Below are positions 8,633 through 15,500 of a stretch of DNA of 55,359 nucleotides, piece after piece; the first letter of the stretch is position 1; each line of letters begins with the position of its first letter. Origin of the DNA: a virus (lineage: Duplodnaviria > Caudoviricetes). Position numbers and translations under genes: made by a program. The stretch is taken from IMG/VR virus record IMGVR_UViG_3300048580_000268, positions 1 to 55,359 of that record; one strand, written 5' to 3'. The notes below the pieces were generated by a model, which had not been told where the DNA came from, searched no databases, and worked only from the letters and a program-made list of their open reading frames with translations.

Positions 8633-8838
8633 CAGTTGTTGAGCTCTTCCCAGTGCTCGGGGCTGTAGAACTCCATCGGGTCGATGTCACGCTCGCCCAA
8701 GAACTCGTAGAACTGCCTGATGTTGCGCTGCTGGATGGCGATCGCCGTCATAGCGATGGCCCCCCAGACGTACGCAGACTTCTTCTCTTCGTAGTGGTTC
8801 TTGAGCTTGGTAACACCAGCCTTGATCTTGTCCTTCAT
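8632..8838 (-). CDS. Cassette gene 2, 68 aa protein MKDKIKAG...
   Basis: GGAGG RBS; start revised; short hydrophobic segment. Confidence 0.8.
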   Translation of the reverse strand: MKDKIKAGVTKLKNHYEEKKSAYVWGAIAMTAIAIQQRNIRQFYEFLGERDIDPMEFYSPEHWEELNN

Positions 8839-8862
8839 GGTTCCTCCGTTGGTAGGTGGTTG

Positions 8863-8895
8863 TCTCATTATAAGCGTTGTAAATAATGTGGACAA
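8863..8895 (-). promoter_or_regulatory. Conserved promoter motif, TTGTCC-17-TATAAT
   Basis: TTGTCCACATTATTTACAACGCTTATAATGAGA. Confidence 0.85.
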
Positions 8896-8937
8896 AAAAG
8901 AGAAGCCCCGTAGTTTTTACGCTACGAGACTTCTCTC
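8894..8937 (-). terminator. Intrinsic terminator (type C)
   Basis: Related to 7351-7397 (similar GCGTAAAA-containing loop). Confidence 0.75.
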
Positions 8938-8943
8938 CGTGAG

Positions 8944-9183
8944 TTACTTCGCCTTCTTGGCGGCGTCGTCGAGGATCTTCTCGTTGATCTTCTCGATCTT
9001 CTTCTCCCGGCGGTCCGCGACGCGGTTGCCGATGGCGGTCTTCGCCTTGTCCCAGTTGCGCGCGGCGACGGTACCCAGCAGGGCACCAGCGCCGAACACG
9101 ACTGCGGTGGCGAGGAACGCACCGGTCTCCGTGTCTTCGGTCTCGTCGTTGAAGTCGATCTCGTCGTTCACGATCTCGTCCAT
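8944..9183 (-). CDS. Cassette gene 1, 79 aa acidic-TM-basic protein
   Basis: GGAGG RBS; strongly GC-rich third codon positions. Confidence 0.8.
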   Translation of the reverse strand: MDEIVNDEIDFNDETEDTETGAFLATAVVFGAGALLGTVAARNWDKAKTAIGNRVADRREKKIEKINEKILDDAAKKAK

Positions 9184-9211
9184 TTCAATTCCTCCGTTTG
9201 GTAGGGTGTTT

Positions 9212-9241
9212 CTCTCATTATAAGAGCTGTAATTTTTGCGG
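9212..9241 (-). promoter_or_regulatory. Conserved promoter motif (no -35 match)
   Basis: CCGCAAAAATTACAGCTCTTATAATGAGAG. Confidence 0.85.
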
Positions 9242-9245
9242 TTTA

Positions 9246-9422
9246 TTACTCTTCTAAGTATGGATAAACAATGAAACTTACAAGCCTTTGGTTTGGGCCA
9301 GCTTTGAACATGGGATTCATAACCAAAGCATAGGGATGCTTTTCGTATAAATTGAGCAGCTCATCTTCAAGATATACAAAACCGACAGTTTCACTATCAA
9401 TTAGTATTGGTACGCGTTTCAT
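9246..9422 (-). CDS. Hypothetical protein (MKRVPIL...), start overlaps tRNA CCA end
   Basis: ORF trimmed to the ATG at the tRNA-Leu 3' end. Confidence 0.5.
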   Translation of the reverse strand: MKRVPILIDSETVGFVYLEDELLNLYEKHPYALVMNPMFKAGPNQRLVSFIVYPYLEE

Positions 9423-9511
9423 GGTGCCCCCAGTGGGATTCGAACCCACACGACTTTTTAAAGTCCTTCGGGTTTAAGCCGAATGCGTCTGCCTGATTTC
9501 GCCATGGGGGC
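9422..9511 (-). tRNA. tRNA-Leu(TAA)
   Basis: GCCCCCA/TGGGGGC acceptor stem, anticodon loop CTTAAAC, long variable arm, GTTCGAATC, encoded CCA. Confidence 0.92.
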
Positions 9512-9517
9512 TGGTGG

Positions 9518-9868
9518 CTACACGTCTGTCAAGTCCTTCCAAGAAGTTGTCCTGAACAGTTCTCTACAGAGACCGTCGGACTCGTAGAAATCGACAAACC
9601 CAACCCAGTCATCAGGGAAAATCATCTCGTGTTCTTGATCGAGACTATCGCGGTCCTGGGCCCAGTTGACGTGCTCGTGAACGACGATCTCTGAATTGGT
9701 CATTGCTTCTACGACCCACAGGTCACCATGCTCGAACATGATCTCGAAGTAAATCGGGTACCAAGTACCATCGATGATCTTCGGGAAACCCTCAACTTGA
9801 ATATTGACTGCTGGAATAATCACACCATTAATCTTAACGCAATTATTGAGATCTTCCAAGACGTCCAT
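9518..9868 (-). CDS. Hypothetical acidic protein
   Basis: 116-aa ORF with AAGGAG RBS. Confidence 0.7.
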   Translation of the reverse strand: MDVLEDLNNCVKINGVIIPAVNIQVEGFPKIIDGTWYPIYFEIMFEHGDLWVVEAMTNSEIVVHEHVNWAQDRDSLDQEHEMIFPDDWVGFVDFYESDGLCRELFRTTSWKDLTDV

Positions 9869-9881
9869 TAATTACTCCTTA

Positions 9882-10118
9882 TTAATACGGATCGGCGTAC
9901 TTACCATGCCAAGGATCATTACACGGCTCTAGGTGTTTACCACCCAGATCATTATACATAATCAAGCGTCGAGTCTTTTGCCGGTCACTCTGGCAGGTTG
10001 GGCACGGATAAACTTCTTTATCCTTAGACTCCGCCCAAGACAACCAAACTAAAAGGCCTAAAACAAAAAGAAAGAGGCCCCAAAAATACCAAGTACCGAA
10101 CCACTCTAAAACTGTCAT
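9882..10118 (-). CDS. Membrane protein with CxxC...CxxxxH putative zinc site (start revised to MTVLEWF)
   Basis: The longer ORF overlaps a tRNA; TM helix, CPTC, CNDPWH. Confidence 0.65.
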   Translation of the reverse strand: MTVLEWFGTWYFWGLFLFVLGLLVWLSWAESKDKEVYPCPTCQSDRQKTRRLIMYNDLGGKHLEPCNDPWHGKYADPY

Positions 10119-10138
10119 TATCTGTCTTTTTCCTTTTG

Positions 10139-10211
10139 TGGGCTGGGAGGGAATTGAACCCCCGACCGAGTTATTATGAGTAACCTGCTCTAACCACTGA
10201 GCTACCAGCCC
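10139..10211 (-). tRNA. tRNA with CAT anticodon, probably Ile2 (lysidine type), alternatively elongator Met
   Basis: GGGCTGG/CCAGCCC acceptor stem, TAGCTCAGTGGTTAGAGCA D-arm, CTCATAA loop, GTTCAATTC. Confidence 0.9.
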
Positions 10212-10218
10212 TAGAGCT

Positions 10219-10437
10219 TTATTCAACTACAATCGTGATTCCAAGAATTTTGTTATTGGCGAGATCAACAGCAGCTTCAGGAGGAAGTTGCAGCAAATAT
10301 GGGTCTTCTGATATCTCCTCAAATTGCTGAGATGTGATTCGAATCGTTTCGTTTTGAGCGATAAAGGTTTCTCCGTCCAAAAGACTAGTTGTTTTCAGAT
10401 CATGAACTGCGTCTATAAGATCTTTGAAGTTGGTCAT
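10219..10437 (-). CDS. Hypothetical protein
   Basis: 72-aa ORF with AAGGA RBS. Confidence 0.6.
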   Translation of the reverse strand: MTNFKDLIDAVHDLKTTSLLDGETFIAQNETIRITSQQFEEISEDPYLLQLPPEAAVDLANNKILGITIVVE

Positions 10438-10627
10438 TTTTGTCCTTAGTTGTGTTAAATCGCCGAGGCTTTACGATGTTCGACCTCTTGACAGAAAATA
10501 CTGCCGCGTAGTCGTCTCGAAACCAAACATGAGTCTCGTCCTTGTCTATGACTTCAACAAGACCTTCGTCATGATCTCGGCCAAGATGCTCGTGGTAATA
10601 GGTCAACTCTACAAATTCTGGAACCAT
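10400..10627 (-). CDS. Hypothetical protein
   Basis: 75-aa ORF with GGAGG RBS. Confidence 0.6.
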   Translation of the reverse strand: MVPEFVELTYYHEHLGRDHDEGLVEVIDKDETHVWFRDDYAAVFSVKRSNIVKPRRFNTTKDKNDQLQRSYRRSS

Positions 10628-10659
10628 GTTTCCTCCTAATTAAAAATGGCTAATGAAAA

Positions 10660-10736
10660 TGCCGGACACTAAGAACTATGCACGCAGTCGTCAATGAGTG
10701 GATAGTTTGTGGTTGGATAACCCTTAGTGCCCAGCA
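10660..10736 (-). ncRNA. Putative structured RNA immediately 3' of tRNA-Lys
   Basis: 13-bp stem GCUGGGCACUAAG/CUUAGUGUCCGGC enclosing two hairpins. Confidence 0.5.
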
Positions 10737-10739
10737 CAG

Positions 10740-10813
10740 TGCACCCCCTGGGACTTGAACCCAGAACCAACGGATTAAAAGTCCGACGCTCTAACCAATT
10801 GAGCTAGAGGTGC
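10740..10813 (-). tRNA. tRNA-Lys(TTT)
   Basis: GCACCTC/GGGGTGC acceptor stem, CTTTTAA loop, GTTCAAGTC. Confidence 0.92.
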
Positions 10814-11550
10814 GTGTACCCAGCCGGATCGCCAAAAACGGCCTTACTGTTTTGACCCCCAGGATCTTATCAGTGCACTGTCTCTCACGTAAACCCTTAA
10901 TTTTCTAAGGGCGGCTCGATGACAGTCTCCTCCGGGTCAGAGGAGATGAGAAAAGGAGCAGTTTTGACCAGGATGCTCGGCCTGGGAGAGACGCCCTACA
11001 GAGGCGAAATTAAGGCAACCACGGACATATAGTGTCATCATCGCAACGAGAAACCAAGATTGCGAGGTACATGCACAGCGCTAAAGGAGAGGAAGGGACT
11101 GTGCTACGTGGTCTTTACCGACACAAGGCCTTAGCGAAATTGCTGTAGAGGCTCCTGACTAAGCCAGGAATTAAGCGTTATTGGCGCGCCTAATCTCAAA
11201 TGAGCACCTCTACAGCGTCCTTAGCCTGTTTGTGTTGTACCCAACCTATCTACCCATTTGGGCGACTCGGTCCACAAACAAAACGCGCACCTGGTACGGG
11301 TGGCGTCACACTAAGCGGTTTTTTGTTTACCTGAACCACTGATGATCAGTCAATGGCGTTCTGTGTCACCTTCACAGTGTACGGGCCTCTCGGCCCCGCG
11401 CTGAGCCTAAACTCTATTTAACGTCGCTCAGCCGACGATCTATTAATATAAACGAACTATCGCCTCAGGGCGGTCCGACCAGGATATGGGCGAGCCTGCG
11501 GACTGTACAACTCTCTGGCGAGGTGAGGTTGTAGCGCCCTGGACGAATTG
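10814..11550 (-). ncRNA. Putative large multi-domain structured ncRNA or ncRNA cluster
   Basis: No ORF of 60 aa or more; many nested stems, junctions and two H-type pseudoknots. Confidence 0.65.
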
Positions 11551-11559
11551 ATAAAAATA

Positions 11560-11672
11560 AAAAATGAGAAGCTGGGGCTAACTAGCCAACGAAACTAGTT
11601 ATTAGCGATCTTTCTTCATCGCGCCAGGTAGGTGGGGTTTGCTCCCACTCATTACGTGTCTTACCTTCTTCT
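11560..11672 (-). ncRNA. Putative ~105-nt small RNA (promoter to T-tract, no ORF)
   Basis: Directly follows the promoter motif; closing stem plus three internal stems; ends in TTTTTTATTTTT. Confidence 0.6.
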
Positions 11673-11697
11673 CATTATAAGCCCTGTAATTTTTGCG
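11670..11697 (-). promoter_or_regulatory. Conserved promoter motif driving the ncRNA region
   Basis: CCGCAAAAATTACAGGGCTTATAATGAGA. Confidence 0.85.
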
Positions 11698-11699
11698 GA

Positions 11700-11963
11700 T
11701 CACTCTGGCGGGACAAGTTCAAACTGCTCGGTAAAAATCTTTGCCGAGTAGCATCGAATGTTATCTCCCATGCGGGTCATGTAAAACCCAGGGTAAACCC
11801 GGTAGACGTTCGGGATCAACCGGCGGTCGACCTGAATGTAAGAGGTTCCATCTTCCTTCTTTCGGACGGTCCCAACAAACTCTGCGACTTCGTTAATGTT
11901 TTCTTCTGTGATTTCCACAGCTTCAACGACAAAGGGCTTTCGAATATAAGTATTGAAATACAT
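11700..11963 (-). CDS. Hypothetical protein
   Basis: 87 aa; RKPFVVEAV and VYPGFY motifs typical of small phage proteins. Confidence 0.75.
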   Translation of the reverse strand: MYFNTYIRKPFVVEAVEITEENINEVAEFVGTVRKKEDGTSYIQVDRRLIPNVYRVYPGFYMTRMGDNIRCYSAKIFTEQFELVPPE

Positions 11964-12077
11964 CTAATTTCCTTTTCAATTTAGGTAGTCTTTTGAATAA
12001 ATGGAAGGGCCCCCGCCTCTGGTAATATTGGGGGTTTATTACTTTCAGCGAGGACCCATCCTTTTTGATATATTAAA

Positions 12078-12548
12078 CTACAATATATCAGAAGGGTGCG
12101 CAGCGTACTTACGCTCTAACTCATCCTCACGAATGGTGATGTAGAGCGACTGAAGATACGCTTTGATGCCGGTCTTTCCGTTTACGGCCCACTCATACCC
12201 GCGAGCAATGAGATCTGCAGTTTGTACATCTGCCCAATCAAGAACAGCAACGCTGTCCTCAGTAAGCTGGGTTCGAGCCGTAGAGGTGATCATGATGACC
12301 TTTGGCGGGCGAATGTTAAAGTTCACAGTCACCTGAATATATGGCGTAGGTGTATCACCTTCGTCCCTCGGCTCAAGGTAACGAACATTCCATCCGTCGT
12401 TCAACAGATTTACTGCGGACTCGTCGTCCAAAATGACCGAAAAGTTTCGGTCTCCTTCACGATTGTACTGACCCTCCTTACCAGAAAAGTTCCGGAAAAT
12501 AAGAGTCGCGTCCTCCACGATAAATGTCTTTGCTTCTTTACTTGTCAT
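12078..12548 (-). CDS. Putative ssDNA-binding protein
   Basis: FRNFSG, RNFSV, W..NGKTGIKAYL motifs; adjacent to the polymerase. Confidence 0.7.
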   Translation of the reverse strand: MTSKEAKTFIVEDATLIFRNFSGKEGQYNREGDRNFSVILDDESAVNLLNDGWNVRYLEPRDEGDTPTPYIQVTVNFNIRPPKVIMITSTARTQLTEDSVAVLDWADVQTADLIARGYEWAVNGKTGIKAYLQSLYITIREDELERKYAAHPSDIL

Positions 12549-12558
12549 AAATATCTCC

Positions 12559-15500
12559 TTAAGATATAAAGTCTTCGAAGTTACCGAATTTATTGATGCT
12601 CTCTTTGGCTTTGTCTACGAGCGTTATGAAATATGAATCATCAAGCTGGTAGTTTTGGTTGTCTTTTGCCACAGAAGCCTCAACCCATGAGTAATCTTTT
12701 GTTCCTGTTACGGCATAATGTTTATTGTCCTTTATTCTATAAAGCCGTCCTCCTCCTTCGACAACTGGCACAAATCGACCAGTTCGGCCAACGTGCCTCA
12801 TTTGCTCTATGATCTCACTACCTTCAAAGTCCAAATACATTACTCCTTGAGTAACGGTTTTGGCTTCACAAATATCATCAAAAGTGATCTCTTCGCCGCT
12901 GAACAACGTCTTGTAAACGTAAGGATGTTGGAACTGCGCGCCTACCGCTTCCCACTTATCACCGCTCTTAGCAATATAAACAGCGTCATTTACTAAACAG
13001 AACTTTTCGTAAGTTCCTTCATGCTCAAAATCGTATCCGTAGTCAGAGCCAAAGTCCTTGACAAACTGAATGATTTCGGGCGTTGCATTAGGGATCTTTA
13101 TTGAATCTGTTTTGATATGGGCGACGACAAAACCTTCATCTTGAACAGCGTGCTTGAGATCAATCATGAACAAAGCACCGCGTTTGGCTACGATGTTGTC
13201 TTTGTTACGGTAGTCCTTGAACGGGTTGTCGAATCTTGCGCTTGTGAGACCATAGACGATGTTAATGACAATCTTAAGAGCGTAGGACAGAGCGTCAAGC
13301 TCATCTTCAGAGCCTGAAACAAACTGTTCGAGTTTACCGTCCAGCAGAGTTTTGGCTCGATTGTAGTCCTTATGCTTAATCGCCATACGTGCTGTCTTGA
13401 GCTCACTGAATCGGTTTGTGTAAGGTCCGAACAAGTCAAGGCATTCGATAGACGTCGGATGCATACTCGCAACGTCAAGAAGTGCCACATCCGTATAGAT
13501 ACCTGGTTCAGCATAGACGTATCCTCCTTCACCAGTAACTTCACCCTTATAAAAACTCTCTTTACCATTAAATATATAACCAGGAAACTCTTCGCTGAGA
13601 TCACTGTAGACAAAAGAACTCTGTGGCTTTTTGTCGTCACCAAATATGATCTTAGCGGTATGATTCTGAGTTGTGTGGTTTACGGATAATCCAGAAAGCT
13701 CAGCAAGGATTTTTCTGGCGACGAAGTCTTGTCTGCGAGAATTGAAAACTGCTTCAGTAGCAACGACGTCGTTAACGCAATACTCTTCAACTTTTTTCCA
13801 CAAAGACTCATCCACGGGTTCATCCCATGGAATATCCAGTTCCATATGAAGAATCCCAAGTTCAATCTGGAACTTCTTTAGCCCTTGCTTTTTTGAACTG
13901 AAGTCGTAAATATCCGCGTATGACAGATTGTATGCCTCGCCAAATAAGACGTTACGCTCGTTTCCTCCATTGATGATCCTGCTACTTAAATTGTAGAGCT
14001 CTTCGTTAGAGTACCCTAAATAACGCGCGTAAAGAATATGATTGTCATAACGTCTATTGTTGAACCCCACCAATTTGTTACCAAGAAGCTCTTCGACCTC
14101 TTGCGGAGTTGGGTTAATCATTCTTGAAACGCCATCTGAGTTTTCAGACTTCCAACAGACAATAAACAGATTAGGATATACCTCTACGTCAAAGAACACT
14201 ATAGGTTTATCTTGCTCGTCGATGACCTCTGGCATCTCAGACTTACCAACAAAATCCATTTTTTGGACTAAACTGACACAATATGAAGACTGATGTGAGC
14301 TTCCTGCCGCAAAGGTTAGGATGTTTGACCGTAAATCCCGAACGTCATACGAAAGTCCTTCGTCATACGCATCTTTAAGAATCTTATGAATGAAATCTAT
14401 AGAAGGCTTTGTCCCAGGATGGATTTCCTTTTTGAGATTTCGAATAATTAATTCTCTGAGAGAACGTTCGCTTTTAATACTCTGAACGTCTAGCAACTTC
14501 TTTTCCTTTGTTGGAAGCCCATCATATAAAGGCGTAACGTTTATCTTATTACACTTAGTTAATTTTCGTCGAAGTGAAGAATTCCCAAGGAGTGTTTTAA
14601 TTTCGACTCCAACAGAATGTAGATTTGCTAGGCTTTCGACATCCCCATAATAGTTGTAATGAAGATGTAAACCATGCCCACTCTTACTAAGTTCAGCGTA
14701 GGTGACGGGCCAAGCGTTTGCTTTTTCAAGACATGCCTCTATGTTTTTTACACCGTCTTCGTCAGTAAGATCAAAATCGATCACAATATGCTCACGAGGA
14801 ACCTGAACGTAATGAAGTTTTGATGTGTCAATATCCTTCAGCGTTGTCGTGACATTTTCCCAGCGCTTCTCTGGTGTCCCGTCGTCCTTAGCATACTGAG
14901 CAGGCTGATTAGCGAATAGCTCGTCGAAGACAGAAAGCCCTTCTTCAAGCTCGATAGAATATGGACCATCGGTTTTGATAGGCATATCAGCCTTTGGAGG
15001 AGACTGGGCAAGATGTTTGAAACCTTTGTAATAACTGCGCACATCGGCTCCATCAATCTTGATTCTGTCGTGGAAGTCTTCGAAGTAGTCCTTGAGATGC
15101 TCTCGTAACTTGTATTGAGGAAGCATCTTGTCGATACCCGTCTCGCTACAGAACTCTTTGTAGAGAGTCCAAGCCCGACGCAATGTAACCCCGTCTTCAG
15201 CCTTGAAAATATCAAAGTTGGCTTCCACGAAATTATAGAAGACGTCGGTTTGGAGCATCATTTCAGTTGGGCGATATGAGCTATAATGATTTTTCCCAAG
15301 CGCAAGGTACTTCTGTAAACAAGAATATGCGATTGAACCAAGCTCAAAATCAATCTTTTCCATAAGAAAATGGTACGTATCGTGGTCAATTGTCCGTTGA
15401 GTAGGAACAACATCAATAAGACGACGAATAATACCAGACTTGGCGTCCGTGATCTTGACCGGGAGGTTTGTCCCCATAAATAAGAACGCGTTTGACTTCG

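Noticed and set aside
6832-9223. ORF-track calls crossing the promoter motifs (e.g. 7388-7570, 7911-8093, 8105-8341 and plus-strand ORFs)
   Set aside because: Wrong frame or strand; the RBS-supported genes are the shorter ones listed as features.
6365-9241. CRISPR array interpretation of the periodic repeats
   Set aside because: Spacing is irregular (about 250-700 nt), repeats are degenerate and the intervening DNA is coding. The Cas4-like gene is a common stand-alone phage nuclease.
6070-9241. True integron cassette array
   Set aside because: No tyrosine or serine recombinase in the genome and no attC-type R boxes identified; each unit has its own promoter.
9882-10226. 114-aa ORF with long N-terminus
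   Set aside because: Its first 36 codons run through the CAT tRNA; start moved to 10118.
10814-11550. Assignment as tmRNA, RNase P RNA, group I intron, GOLLD or ROOL
   Set aside because: No diagnostic conserved motifs could be matched by eye; left as unknown pending cmscan.
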